Counted from the stretch's first letter, positions 54,106-64,000 are shown. The stretch: DNA of 64,000 nt from Dehalococcoidia bacterium (GCA_963665775.2 CAXXTF010000001.1:416001-480000), one strand, 5' to 3'. Numbers and translations are program-made. The notes: generated by a model not told the origin, from the letters alone.

Positions 54106-55404
54106 TCAGATCAGGGGTTGGATAGTGATGGCTTGACCCCGTTCCGGGCCTACGGAGACCAGGCAGATGGGTGTTGCCAGCAGCTCCTGAATGTACTGCA
54201 CATAGTCGCGGGCCTGGGACGGCAGCTCATCGAACCGGCGCGCGCCAGAGGTGTCCTGCTGCCAGCCGGGCAGATCCTGGTACACGGGCTTGGCCCGGGC
54301 CAGGACGGCGCTACCGGCCGGCATGCTTTCGGTGGTGCTGTCGTCAATCTGGTAGGCGGTGCAGACCCTGATCGTGGGCAGGCGGTCCAGGACGTCCAGC
54401 CGGGTGAGGGCGGCCGCGGTGAGCCCGTTCAGGCGGGCGCTATAGCGGGCGGCCACGGCATCGAACCAGCCGCAGCGGCGGGGCCGCCCGGTGGTAGCGC
54501 CATACTCGGGCCTGGGGCCCCCTTCACGCAACAGGGAGCCCGTCTCGTCCAGTAGCTCGGTTGGCATGGGGCCGTTGCCCACGCGGGTGTTGTAGGCCTT
54601 GAATACGCCGAGGACGGTCTCGATCTGGGTGGGACCGATGCCGATGCCGATAGTGGCGCCGCCGGCCAGGGAGGACGGCACGGAGGAGGCGACGTACTCG
54701 TAGGTGCCGGCGTCCAGGTCCAGCAGCGAGCCCTGGGCGCCCTCCAGGAGAACCGTCTCGCCGCGGGCCAGGGCGTCCTGGGTGAGGGCGGCTGTGTCGG
54801 CCACGTAGGGGGCCAGGCGCGAGCCGTACTCCCTGTACTCCTCGTAGACCTGCTCTATGGCGAGGGGATCAGTCTCGTACAGCTTGACCAGGACGGCATT
54901 CTTGTAGGGGACCAAGAAGGAGAGGGCGCTCAGCAACGCCTCTGGTTCGATGAGCTCCGCCATGCGGAGACCGGCCCGGCCCACCTTGTCCACGAAGGCG
55001 GGACCGACGCCGCGGCCGGTTGTGCCGATGGCGCCCTTCCCCCGAAGCTTCTCGTCCAGCTCGTCGATGAGGCGGTGCCAGGGCATAAGGATGTGGCAGC
55101 GATCGCTTACGAAGAGCCGCCCCTGGATGGGGATGCCGTTGGCTTCCAGATCGGCGATCTCCTCCAGGAGTGCGGCCGGGTCGATGACGACGCCATTGCC
55201 TATGAGGCAGAGCTTATCGGGATAGAAGATTCCGGCGGGAATTAGATGGAGGCGGAATTCGCCCCGCTCGTTGATGACGGTATGACCGGCGTTGTTGCCG
55301 GCGGAATAGCGGGCTATAATCTGGGCTTTCTGCGCCAGCAGGTCGACGATTCTGCCCTTCCCCTCGTCTCCCCACTGACTACCCACCACAACGATGGCTG
55401 GCAT
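54106..55404 (-). CDS. purA: Adenylosuccinate synthetase
   Basis: GSQWGDEGKG, NAGHT, EGAQG, YGATTGRPRRCGWFD. Confidence 0.97.
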   Translation of the reverse strand: MPAIVVVGSQWGDEGKGRIVDLLAQKAQIIARYSAGNNAGHTVINERGEFRLHLIPAGIFYPDKLCLIGNGVVIDPAALLEEIADLEANGIPIQGRLFVSDRCHILMPWHRLIDELDEKLRGKGAIGTTGRGVGPAFVDKVGRAGLRMAELIEPEALLSALSFLVPYKNAVLVKLYETDPLAIEQVYEEYREYGSRLAPYVADTAALTQDALARGETVLLEGAQGSLLDLDAGTYEYVASSVPSSLAGGATIGIGIGPTQIETVLGVFKAYNTRVGNGPMPTELLDETGSLLREGGPRPEYGATTGRPRRCGWFDAVAARYSARLNGLTAAALTRLDVLDRLPTIRVCTAYQIDDSTTESMPAGSAVLARAKPVYQDLPGWQQDTSGARRFDELPSQARDYVQYIQELLATPICLVSVGPERGQAITIQPLI

Positions 55405-55477
55405 AAAAAAGAGCCGCTCTTCGGCTCCTCCTTTCGAACTCCGGACGGAGTATAGGCGGACGTGGGGGTAGGGTCAA
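55405..55477 (-). promoter_or_regulatory. purA promoter and structured leader
   Basis: TTGACC-N17-TATACT, then leader AAAGGAG-GAGCCG-aagag-CGGCTC-TTTTTT-ATG. Confidence 0.7.
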
Positions 55478-55808
55478 GGGGTGTGAGGGGAACCGCTCCT
55501 GCTTCCGCGACGCCTTCCTGACCTCGGAGGCCGTCGGCCCTGTGATCCAGGACCTGATTCCCATGCTCCCGCCCCGCCTGTTACTATGGCCCTACGGCTG
55601 GTGGATACTATGGCTGCTTATTTCAATATCAACTACGACATGCAGCCGACCCCATTTTTCGATCACCACCCGGTCGTGCCCAGCCTCCACATTGGTGGGA
55701 ACCTTCCCCCGGGTGCGGCCATCCTCCGGAGCGTAGGCAACCCCCCGGTCTGGACCTTTGCCTTAGTGATGCCCATCGCTACGACCCATCGGCCATCTGG
55801 ACCCGCTC

Positions 55809-56726
55809 GTGGCTGAGGGTACTCGGGGGTCCGGCCTGAGCACACTCTGGAGGCGGGTTCGGTCGCCGTTCAGCCGGCGCGATCTCATGGAGGGGCTGCT
55901 GGTAGGGCTCGCCTTCCTCCTCTACTTCGCCGTCCGTGGCGCCGTCATCGACCGGCCGGAGGCTGCCTACCTTCATGCCCTGGACGTGATCGATCTCCAG
56001 CGGTCGCTCGGCATCTTCTGGGAGGCCGATCTGAACGAGTGGATCAGGGAGCGGGAGTTCTGGGCCCAGACGGCCAACATCGTCTACTTCTGGCTGCACT
56101 TCCCTCTGATTATCGCCTTCGGCATCTACCTTTATTGCCGGCAGCGAAGCAAGTACACCCTGATGCGGGACGCCTTCCTCACCTCTGGGGCGATCGCCCT
56201 CGTCGTCTACTGGCTGTACCCGGTGGCGCCACCGCGGCTGCTGCCCGAATTGGCGATAGAGTTCGACGGCGGCGGCCCCGTCTACATTCGCGGCTTCTTA
56301 GACACCATGCAGGAGTACCTGGGTTACGGTTATCAGGCACAGTCCACGAGCGCCTTCGTGAACCCCTACGCCGCCATGCCCAGCCTACACTTCGGGTGGG
56401 ATCTCTTGCTCGGTGTGGGGATCGTGTGGGCCTCCTGGGGGCGGCGCTGGATGTGGTTCACCCTGCCCATCGGCCTCTTCCTGCCGATCGCCCAGGTGCC
56501 AGCCATCACGGTCACCGCCAATCACTTCTTCCTGGACGCTGCTGCCGGGGCAGTTGTGGCTCTCTTGGGATTCCCGGCCGCGCTGATGCTGCGTCGCCGG
56601 GGCTACCCCGCGCTGGGGCGGCTGTTAGGGCGGCTTCCCCTTCCGGCTCTGAGGCGCTGGGTCCTGCCCGATGAAAACGCGAGCAGCGAGGCGGAGTCCG
56701 GTCTGGCGCCTGGTCCTTCAGATTAG
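55809..56726 (+). CDS. PAP2 / inositol phosphorylceramide synthase-like membrane protein
   Basis: YPVAPPR, NPYAAMPSLHFGW, TANHFFLDA. Confidence 0.88.
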   Translation: MAEGTRGSGLSTLWRRVRSPFSRRDLMEGLLVGLAFLLYFAVRGAVIDRPEAAYLHALDVIDLQRSLGIFWEADLNEWIREREFWAQTANIVYFWLHFPLIIAFGIYLYCRQRSKYTLMRDAFLTSGAIALVVYWLYPVAPPRLLPELAIEFDGGGPVYIRGFLDTMQEYLGYGYQAQSTSAFVNPYAAMPSLHFGWDLLLGVGIVWASWGRRWMWFTLPIGLFLPIAQVPAITVTANHFFLDAAAGAVVALLGFPAALMLRRRGYPALGRLLGRLPLPALRRWVLPDENASSEAESGLAPGPSD

Positions 56727-56781
56727 GTGGCGCCCAGGGTGGCCGAAAGCGGTGGCGGGCGATCGCCCGCCCGAGAACAGA

Positions 56782-57693
56782 TCATGCTTGCGCCGCGTGT
56801 AGCTCAGGCGCCCGCTCCGGTGATGCTTCCGGCTCCGAGTAGAACGCCAGGCCCACGAAACCCGGCCCGATGTGGACCCCCATTACATTCGTCAACTCCG
56901 TGACGATGAGGTCGACCGGAGCGAAGCGCCGGCGAACACGCTCGGCCAGCTCCTGCGCCCGCTCGGGTGCGTCGGCGTGCATCACCGCCACGTGTAGCGG
57001 TGCCCCTGGCTGCGCTCTCTCCGCCAGGTAGCGGACTAGCCGCTCCATCGCCCCGGCCGGGGTGCGCGCCCGGCCCACGCCCGTCACCTTATCGCTATGG
57101 GAGCCGGTGGCCAGGATGGGTTTGATCTGGAGGAGGGCGGTGGCCCAGTGGACGATCCAGGGGACGCGACCGCTCTTGGCCAGGTAGCGCATGGTGTCCA
57201 GGGCACCCACCAGTTGGGCCCTCGATCCGACAGCCTCGGCCGCCGCCGTCGCCTCGTCCAGACCGGCGCCTGCCTCGGCGGCCCGCGCCGCCGCCAGCAC
57301 AGCGAAGCCGTGGGACATGGCCAGACTGTGGGTGTCCACCACCCGAACGGTGAGGTCGGGCAGCTCCTGAGAGGCCAGCTCCCTGGCGTCAAGGGCGCAG
57401 CTATAGGTGCCGCTGTAGCTAGCGGGGAGGGTCAGGCAGAGGACGGCCTGGGCGCCGGACTGGTGAACCTGACGGAAGGCCTCCAGGAACCGGCCGGGGG
57501 CAGGGGAGGCGGTGGTGGGGAGGCGGCGAGAGGCCCGCATCCGGTCATAGAAATCGTGGCCGGCTATGGTTCCGTCATAGTGCAGCTGCCCGTCGAAGAG
57601 GAAGGCCAACGGGACGACGATGATGCCGTGCCTTTTGATGAGTTCGGTGGGCAGACAGGATGAGCTGTCGGTTACTACGACGATCTTCGTCAT
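56782..57693 (-). CDS. DegV family fatty acid-binding protein
   Basis: VVTDSS, PTTASP, SGTY, YLAKSGR, GVHIGPG. Confidence 0.93.
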   Translation of the reverse strand: MTKIVVVTDSSSCLPTELIKRHGIIVVPLAFLFDGQLHYDGTIAGHDFYDRMRASRRLPTTASPAPGRFLEAFRQVHQSGAQAVLCLTLPASYSGTYSCALDARELASQELPDLTVRVVDTHSLAMSHGFAVLAAARAAEAGAGLDEATAAAEAVGSRAQLVGALDTMRYLAKSGRVPWIVHWATALLQIKPILATGSHSDKVTGVGRARTPAGAMERLVRYLAERAQPGAPLHVAVMHADAPERAQELAERVRRRFAPVDLIVTELTNVMGVHIGPGFVGLAFYSEPEASPERAPELHAAQA

Positions 57694-57831
57694 AGGGACG
57701 GTAGGGGGAGGAGGTACGCCATCTGAAGGCCAGTATACCTTGACCTCGTTGCCGCTGCCAGCGACGGTGTGTTATACTCGCACCAACAAGAATTGGGAGT
57801 GAGAGAGAGCCTGAGACTGGCCCCATAACGG

Positions 57832-58098
57832 ATGCTCACGAAGACGCAGAAGGAAGGACTAGTCAGCGAGTATCACTTGCACGCTTCCGACAGTGGTTCA
57901 AGCGATGTGCAAGTAGCGCTGCTGACAGAGCGCATCCGGCAGATAACGGATCACCTGCGGGTGAATCGCAAGGATAACCACTCCCAGCGCGGCCTGATGA
58001 AGCTCGTGGGGCAGCGTCGCAGGCTGTTGCGCTACCTCAGCCGGAGAGAGCCGGCGCGGTATAAGGCGCTCATAGGCAGACTCGGCATCCGCAAGTAG
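57832..58098 (+). CDS. rpsO: 30S ribosomal protein S15
   Basis: DSGSSDVQVALLTERI...KDNHSQRGL.KLVGQRRRLLRYL. Confidence 0.97.
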   Translation: MLTKTQKEGLVSEYHLHASDSGSSDVQVALLTERIRQITDHLRVNRKDNHSQRGLMKLVGQRRRLLRYLSRREPARYKALIGRLGIRK

Positions 58099-58290
58099 AC
58101 GCGCGGCGGTCTTGCCTAACCACAGAGGGGGTACTACTTAAGCCAGCCGGAGCAACCCGCTGGCAGCCCACCCGCCGATTAGGCACCCATAGAGGATGTA
58201 GCAATCGCAGCAAAGCCAGCCCTGCCGCTTGGGGAAGAGCCCCAACGGGCCAATTATTCGCAACCAAATTATCTGGAGGTATGATTCGTA

Positions 58291-60669
58291 ATGTCTGAAT
58301 TGTTTGCACGTGAGATCGGTGGGCGCACCCTCTCCATGGTGGTAGGGAAGGTGGCCGGCCTGGCCAACGGCGCCGTGACCGTACACTATGGCGATACCGT
58401 TGTCCTTGTCACCGCCTGTATGAGCTCGGCTCCCCGCGAGGGGATCGACTTCTTCCCTCTCACCGTAGACTTTGAGGAGCGAATGTACGCCGCCGGCAAG
58501 ATCCCGGGCGGCTGGTTCCGCCGCGAGGGACGGCCCGGCACCTCGTCCATCCTCATCGCCCGCCTCACTGACCGTCCCCTGCGCCCCCTCTTCCCCAAGG
58601 GGCTGCGCAACGATGTGCAGATCATCGCTACCGCCCTTAGCGCCGACCAGGAGAACGACCCCGATATCCTCACCATTATTGGCGCCTCGGCCGCTCTCTC
58701 CATCTCCGATATCCCCTGGGGCGGGCCCGTTTCCGGCACGCGCGTGGGCTACATAGACGAGCAGTATGTGGTGAACCCCACCTACGCCCAGCTCAAGGAC
58801 AGCGACCTGGATCTGGTCGTCGTTGGCACCCGTGATGCCGTCGTTATGGTGGAGGCGGGCGCCAGCGAGGTCTCCGAGGCGATCATGCTGGAGGCCATCC
58901 GGGTAGGCCAGGCGACGAACGCCGAGATCATCGGCCTTCAGGACGAGATGGTATCTCGTCTGGGCAAGACCAAGAGCTCTCTCTCGGCCTCCACCCTGCC
59001 TGATGACATCGGCCCAGCCGTTGCTGACTTCGTCGCCTCCCAGGGCTGGGATCTGGTCTCTTCCGCCAGGGGGGAGCGCGACGGGGCGGCCGGCGAGCGT
59101 CTGGAGGGGCTCACGGAAGCCCTGGGCGAGCGCTACTCGCCTCAACAGCTGAAGGCCACCCTGGACGACGCTTCCAAGCAGGCCGTCCGCAATCGCATCC
59201 TGAAAGAGGGCACGCGGCCTGACGGCCGCCGCACCGACGAGATAAGGCCCATCAGCTGTGAGGTCGCCCTCCTCCCCCGCACTCACGGCTCCGGCCTGTT
59301 CACCCGGGGCGAGACGCAGGTGCTGGCCCTCACCACCCTGGGCTCCATGGGTGAACAGCAGAGGCTGGATGGCCTGGAGCCGGAGGAGATGCGGCGATTC
59401 ATACACCACTACAACTTCCCGCCCTTCTCAGTGGGCGAGACGCGGCCCCTTCGCGGCCCTAGCCGTCGGGATACGGGTCACGGCGCCCTGGCGGAGCGGG
59501 CGATGCTCGCCGTCATCCCCTCAGAGGAGGAGTTCCCGTACACTATCCGCCTGGTGTCGGAGGTCCTCTCCAGCAACGGCAGCACATCTATGGCCAGCGT
59601 CTGTAGCAGCGTTCTCTCCCTCATGGACGCCGGCGTTCCCATCAAGGCGCCGGTGGCCGGGGTGGCCATGGGCCTCATCAAGGGCGAAGATAATTACCGC
59701 GTACTAACAGACATCGCCGGTCTGGAGGATTCCTTCGGCGATATGGACTTCAAGGTGGCCGGTACTGCTACCGGCATCACTGCCCTTCAGATGGACATCA
59801 AGATCGGCGGCATTACCGACGATATCCTGGATCAGGCCCTGACGCAGGCCCGTGAGGCCCGCCTATTCATCCTGGAGAAGATGCGGGAGGCGATTCCGGA
59901 GGTGCGCTCAGAGATGTCACCGTATGCGCCGCGCATGTACCGTCTGAGCATCCCTCAGGACAAGATCGGGGCGGTCATAGGCCCCGGCGGCCGCGTCATC
60001 CGGTCCATCATCGAGGAGACCACCTGCAGCGTCGATATCGAGGATGACGGCACCGTCTTCATAGGCTCCCCCAACGAGACGATGGCGCAGAAGGCGATCA
60101 GCATCATCGAGGGGCTTACTAAGGAGGTGGAGGTGGGCGAGGTCTATACCGGCACGGTCACTCGGTTCACCGGTTTCGGTGCCTTTGTGGAGATACTGCC
60201 GGGCAAGGACGGTCTGGTCCGCTTGGAGGACCTGGCGGAGGTTCCTGCTCGCCGCCCCGAGGACGTGGTCAGCATCGACGATGAGGTGATGGTGATGGTG
60301 ATCGAGGTGGACAACCTCGGTCGCATCAACCTCTCCCGCCGCGCTGTCCTGGAGGGTCTCACGGTGGAGCAGGCGAGGGAATCGTCCCAGCGGGCGCAGC
60401 AGGCAGGCCAGGCGTCCCGAGGCGACCGGAGGCCGCCGCGCCGCGATTTCGGCGGCGGAGGCGGTGGCCAGAGGCCATACGGCGGCCGCGGTGGCGGTGG
60501 CGGTGGCGGCGGTGGTGGGAACGGGCGGCCCCGTGGCGGCGGTGGCAGGCCTCCACAGAACCGCGGCGGCGGCCCCCGTCCCAACGACCAGCAGCAGCGC
60601 CCCGGATTCCGCCGCGAGCCGGGCGATCCTCCACCCCCACCCCCACCGACTCCCTTCAAGCGCTGGTAG
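58291..60669 (+). CDS. pnp: Polyribonucleotide nucleotidyltransferase with Gly/Arg-rich tail
   Basis: FFPLTVD, HGSGLFTRGETQ, SNGSTSMAS, GDMDFKVAGT, then KH and S1 domains. Confidence 0.97.
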   Translation: MSELFAREIGGRTLSMVVGKVAGLANGAVTVHYGDTVVLVTACMSSAPREGIDFFPLTVDFEERMYAAGKIPGGWFRREGRPGTSSILIARLTDRPLRPLFPKGLRNDVQIIATALSADQENDPDILTIIGASAALSISDIPWGGPVSGTRVGYIDEQYVVNPTYAQLKDSDLDLVVVGTRDAVVMVEAGASEVSEAIMLEAIRVGQATNAEIIGLQDEMVSRLGKTKSSLSASTLPDDIGPAVADFVASQGWDLVSSARGERDGAAGERLEGLTEALGERYSPQQLKATLDDASKQAVRNRILKEGTRPDGRRTDEIRPISCEVALLPRTHGSGLFTRGETQVLALTTLGSMGEQQRLDGLEPEEMRRFIHHYNFPPFSVGETRPLRGPSRRDTGHGALAERAMLAVIPSEEEFPYTIRLVSEVLSSNGSTSMASVCSSVLSLMDAGVPIKAPVAGVAMGLIKGEDNYRVLTDIAGLEDSFGDMDFKVAGTATGITALQMDIKIGGITDDILDQALTQAREARLFILEKMREAIPEVRSEMSPYAPRMYRLSIPQDKIGAVIGPGGRVIRSIIEETTCSVDIEDDGTVFIGSPNETMAQKAISIIEGLTKEVEVGEVYTGTVTRFTGFGAFVEILPGKDGLVRLEDLAEVPARRPEDVVSIDDEVMVMVIEVDNLGRINLSRRAVLEGLTVEQARESSQRAQQAGQASRGDRRPPRRDFGGGGGGQRPYGGRGGGGGGGGGGNGRPRGGGGRPPQNRGGGPRPNDQQQRPGFRREPGDPPPPPPPTPFKRW

Positions 60670-60694
60670 GAGTGGCCCGGGAAGGCGGTCGCCT

Positions 60695-61489
60695 ATGTCC
60701 GTGAAGGTGCTGGTTAGTGGCACGGGCAAGATGGGACAGGAAGTCCTGGCGGCTGCCTGTCGGGAGACCGACATGGAGCCCGTCGGCATCCTCTCCCGCT
60801 CCGCCCGCGAGGAGTATCTCTCACTGCCGGACGGGTCTGGGTTAGTCCCCTTCGGGGCGGAACCTGCCGCCCTAATCTCCCGAACCCGACCGGACGTGGT
60901 CGTCGATTTCACCAACGCCGATTGGACCCCTACCGTCGCTCGGGAGGCCCAGGCGGCGGGTGCCCGTCTGGTCATCGGCACTTCAGGGCTCTCCGACGAC
61001 TTCCTCGCTGAACTGAGTCGGGAGTGCCGCCGGCGCAAGTTGGGGGCCGTCGTCGGCGCCAACTTCGCCCTCGGCGCCGTCCTCATGGTTCACCTGGCCC
61101 GCATCGCTGGTCGCTTCTTCGACTATGCCGAGGTGATCGAGATGCATCACGAAGGGAAGGCGGATGCCCCCTCAGGCACCTCTATCGCCACGGCCAAGGC
61201 CATGTCCCAGGATCGGGGCGGCCCTTTCATCCGGCCGCCGACCCAGAAGGAGAACGTGAAGGGGACCCGCGGCGGTGTCGTCGATGGTGTCACCATCCAT
61301 AGCCTACGCTTGCCCGGGCTGGTAGCGCACCAGGAGGTGATCCTGGGCGGGCCCGGCCAGACCCTCACCATCCGTCACGACTCCGTCAGCCGGGACTCCT
61401 TCATGCCCGGCGTGGTGATGGCAATCCGCGCGGTCATGGAGCGTCAGGAGCTGATCGTGGGCCTGGAACAGCTGATCGGCCTGGAGTAG
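60695..61489 (+). CDS. dapB: 4-hydroxy-tetrahydrodipicolinate reductase
   Basis: VDFT, IGTSG, NFALG, EMHHEGKADAPSGT, IRHDS. Confidence 0.95.
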   Translation: MSVKVLVSGTGKMGQEVLAAACRETDMEPVGILSRSAREEYLSLPDGSGLVPFGAEPAALISRTRPDVVVDFTNADWTPTVAREAQAAGARLVIGTSGLSDDFLAELSRECRRRKLGAVVGANFALGAVLMVHLARIAGRFFDYAEVIEMHHEGKADAPSGTSIATAKAMSQDRGGPFIRPPTQKENVKGTRGGVVDGVTIHSLRLPGLVAHQEVILGGPGQTLTIRHDSVSRDSFMPGVVMAIRAVMERQELIVGLEQLIGLE

Positions 61490-61549
61490 ACAGACTTCTA
61501 CTATCGCGGGCCGGCGGAGATCGAGCGAACTCAAGCCGGATAGACGGAT

Positions 61550-62701
61550 ATGGCAGGCAAGAGCGTAGTTATCGTTGGTGGCGGCGTCGGCGGCGTGGTG
61601 GCCGCCAATCGCTTGCGGCGTATGCTCCCCAGCGAGCACCGCATCGTCTTGGTGGACCGGACCCCCTGGCACTCCTTCGCCCCATCCTTCATGTGGGTGG
61701 CGACTGGGCAGCGTGACCCCAGCCGCATCACGCGAGACCTGCGCTCGCTTAGCCGCAAGGGAATAGAGTTCCGGATCTCGGAGGTTATGGAACTGGACCT
61801 CGCCAACAAGAAGGTCCGCCTGGAGCAGCAAGAGCTCACCTACGACTATCTCGTCGTCGCCCTGGGCGCCCAGTACTCGTCCGACGAGATCCCGGGGCTC
61901 AACAAGGCCTGGACCTATTACCACCTGGAGGGGGCGGAGGGGCTGCGCGATGAGCTGCCTAACTTCAAGGCCGGCCGCGTTGCCATAGTCGTGAGCTCGA
62001 TGCCCTATAAGTGCCCGGCCGCCCCGTACGAGGGCGCCCTGATTCTGGACCAGCACTTCCGCCGCCGGGGCATCCGCGCCGATGTGGAGATCAGGCTCTT
62101 CACCCCGGAACCCTATCCGCTGCCCGTGGCCGGACAGGGCGCGGGGCAGATGGTAATCGACCTGCTAGCCAGCCGCGAGATCGCGTTCAGCCCGGGGCTC
62201 CGGCTGAAGAGTGTCGACCAGCAGTCCAAGAAGCTGGCGTTCGAGGACGGCAGCGAGGCCGACTTCGACCTTCTCGTGGCCACCCCTGTACACCGGGTCC
62301 CTGATGTGCTACAGGCCGCGGGCCTGGCCAAGGATGGCGGCTGGGTCTCCGTGGACCGGGAGACTCTGGCCACCCAGTTCGATGATGTCTACGCCGTCGG
62401 CGATGCCACGGCTGTCCCCCTGTCCAACGGGATGATGCTGCCCAAGGCGGGCGTGTTCGCGCACGGCGAGGCCGAGGTAGTGGCCCGTAACATCGCGGCG
62501 GAGATCAAGGGCGGGCGGCCCGACTGGGGGTTCGGCGGCCAGGGGGCCTGTTTCCTGGAGACGGGATACGGCAAGGCCGCCTTCGCCGAAGGTAACTTCT
62601 TCGCCGAGCCCAATCCGGACGTAGCCCTTCGCGCCCCCAGCCGCTTCCGGCGCTGGCAGAAGCTGGGCTTAGAGCGCACGTGGCTGTGGCGCTCGTTCTA
62701 G
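61550..62701 (+). CDS. Sulfide:quinone oxidoreductase-like FAD oxidoreductase
   Basis: IVGGGVGG, YKCPAAPYE, VYAVGD, PKAGVFA, GACFLE. Confidence 0.8.
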   Translation: MAGKSVVIVGGGVGGVVAANRLRRMLPSEHRIVLVDRTPWHSFAPSFMWVATGQRDPSRITRDLRSLSRKGIEFRISEVMELDLANKKVRLEQQELTYDYLVVALGAQYSSDEIPGLNKAWTYYHLEGAEGLRDELPNFKAGRVAIVVSSMPYKCPAAPYEGALILDQHFRRRGIRADVEIRLFTPEPYPLPVAGQGAGQMVIDLLASREIAFSPGLRLKSVDQQSKKLAFEDGSEADFDLLVATPVHRVPDVLQAAGLAKDGGWVSVDRETLATQFDDVYAVGDATAVPLSNGMMLPKAGVFAHGEAEVVARNIAAEIKGGRPDWGFGGQGACFLETGYGKAAFAEGNFFAEPNPDVALRAPSRFRRWQKLGLERTWLWRSF

Positions 62702-62803
62702 GCCTAGCGTGATGCAGGCCGCGCCTGTTGCGGCGTCGACTCCAGATAGGCTACTATGGTTTAGCTATAGGGCCGCCGGTTCCTCGTAGGGGTTAGAGTC
62801 AGG

Positions 62804-63820
62804 ATGTCCAAGCCGTATAACGTCGCCGTAGTCGGGGCCACCGGGCTGGTGGGCCAGGAGTTCCTCAGGATCGCCCTTCAGCGGCGATTCCCTATCAAGG
62901 CTCTGCGCCTGCTCGCCTCCAGCCGCTCCGCTGGCCGCCGCCTGGCCGTCGGCGAGCGGGAAATCGAGGTGGAAGAGACCACCGCTCGCTCCTTCGACGG
63001 GGTCGACCTCGCCTTCTTCTCCGCTACGACCGAGGTTTCCCACCAGCTCGTTCCCGCTGCCGTCAAGGCGGGTGCCATCGTCATCGATGACAGCTCCGCC
63101 TGGCGCATGGAGCCCAACGTTCCCCTGGTCGTGCCCGAGGTCAACGCCGCCGATCTGGACGGGCATGAGGGGATCATCTCCATTCCCAATTGTCCTACCA
63201 CGCCCCTGGTCCAGACCATCTGGCCCCTGCATAAGATCAACCCGGTCAAGCGGATTATCGTGGACACGTACCAGTCGGTCTCCGGTACCGGCGCCCAGGC
63301 GCTGGGGGAGTTGACCGACCAGACGCGCGCCATCCTGGACGGAAAAAGGACCAGCGCCCACGTCTACCCCCACCAGATCGGCTTCAACCTGCTCCCGCAC
63401 ATAGACGTCTTCCTGGGCAGCGGCTACACCAGGGAAGAGTGGAAGGTTATCAACGAGACGAAGAAGATCATGCACGAGCCGGACCTGGCCATCTCCGCCA
63501 CCTGCGTCCGGGTGCCTGTCTACATAAGTCACTCAGAGGCGGTGCACGTGGAGTTCAGCCGTCCCATGAGCCCGGATGATGTCCAAGACACCCTCCGGGA
63601 GGCTCCCGGGATAATCGTACTGGACGAGCCCTCCGTGAACCTCTATCCCACCCCCGTTGCCGTCGCCGGCAAGGACGACACCTACGTGGGGCGCATCCGC
63701 CAGGACGCTTCTCACCCCAACGGCATCGCATTCTGGCTGGTCAGCGATAACCTGCGCAAGGGCGCCGCCCTCAACGCTATCCAGATCGCTGAAGAACTGG
63801 TCGCCCGCAACTTGATCTAG
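62804..63820 (+). CDS. asd: Aspartate-semialdehyde dehydrogenase
   Basis: VVGATGLVG, PNC, YQSVSG, TCVRVPV, DNLRKGAALNA. Confidence 0.96.
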   Translation: MSKPYNVAVVGATGLVGQEFLRIALQRRFPIKALRLLASSRSAGRRLAVGEREIEVEETTARSFDGVDLAFFSATTEVSHQLVPAAVKAGAIVIDDSSAWRMEPNVPLVVPEVNAADLDGHEGIISIPNCPTTPLVQTIWPLHKINPVKRIIVDTYQSVSGTGAQALGELTDQTRAILDGKRTSAHVYPHQIGFNLLPHIDVFLGSGYTREEWKVINETKKIMHEPDLAISATCVRVPVYISHSEAVHVEFSRPMSPDDVQDTLREAPGIIVLDEPSVNLYPTPVAVAGKDDTYVGRIRQDASHPNGIAFWLVSDNLRKGAALNAIQIAEELVARNLI

Positions 63821-63872
63821 GCTGGCCGCGGATGGACACAAATGGTCGCTGAGCACTAAAGGAGGCCCCGCC

Positions 63873-64000
63873 ATGGAGATCGGTCGGCTCCTCACCGCTA
63901 TGGTCACCCCCTTTGACAAGGGTGGGCAAGTGGACTACGGGCAGGCCCAGCGTCTGGCCCTGGCCCTTCTCGACTCCGGCAGCGACGGCGTCGTCGTCGC
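63873..64000 (+). CDS. dapA: 4-hydroxy-tetrahydrodipicolinate synthase (3' truncated by window edge)
   Basis: SD AAAGGAGG, then MEIGRLLTAMVTPFDKGGQVDY...GSDGVVV. Confidence 0.88.
   Translation, partial: MEIGRLLTAMVTPFDKGGQVDYGQAQRLALALLDSGSDGVVV

Noticed and set aside
55586-55816. 76-aa ORF overlapping the PAP2 gene start
   Set aside because: No SD or motif. It cannot be supported without homology.
57778-58290. S15 autoregulatory leader and pnp RNase III hairpin
   Set aside because: Expected by analogy, but I could not define a convincing structure.

Overview
GC-rich bacterial chromosomal window, gene-dense and almost all housekeeping. Gene content and protein style suggest Chloroflexota, probably Dehalococcoidia-like (inference). 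Core blocks: hspR-like regulator and clpC; rho; purU; a cimA-like synthase; rex; a complete F1Fo ATP synthase operon followed by murA and mreB; pyrF; a MoxR/DUF58/DUF4129 trio; cinA; rpmH-rnpA-yidD-(PQQ-type propeller lipoprotein)-yidC-jag; pyrG; purA; rpsO-pnp; dapB-(sqr-like)-asd-dapA. I found no tRNA, rRNA, CRISPR array, integrase or transposase, and no new multi-gene system that I can support. The notable signals are small-scale. (1) A family of ~24-27 bp palindromic REP-like elements sits in spacers and also enters coding sequence, giving an in-frame 8-aa insertion in PurU and the stop codon of a LysM hydrolase. (2) A perfect 27-bp-arm palindrome splits a TolB-like lipoprotein gene. (3) Two envelope genes appear to start at ATT or ATC behind strong SD sequences. 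(4) The pyrG and purA leaders look regulatory. (5) Rex-like boxes lie at the rex and atp promoters. (6) A ~1000-aa transglycosylase-like protein carries a 3x3 super-repeat. All calls come from reading motifs by eye, with no database searches.
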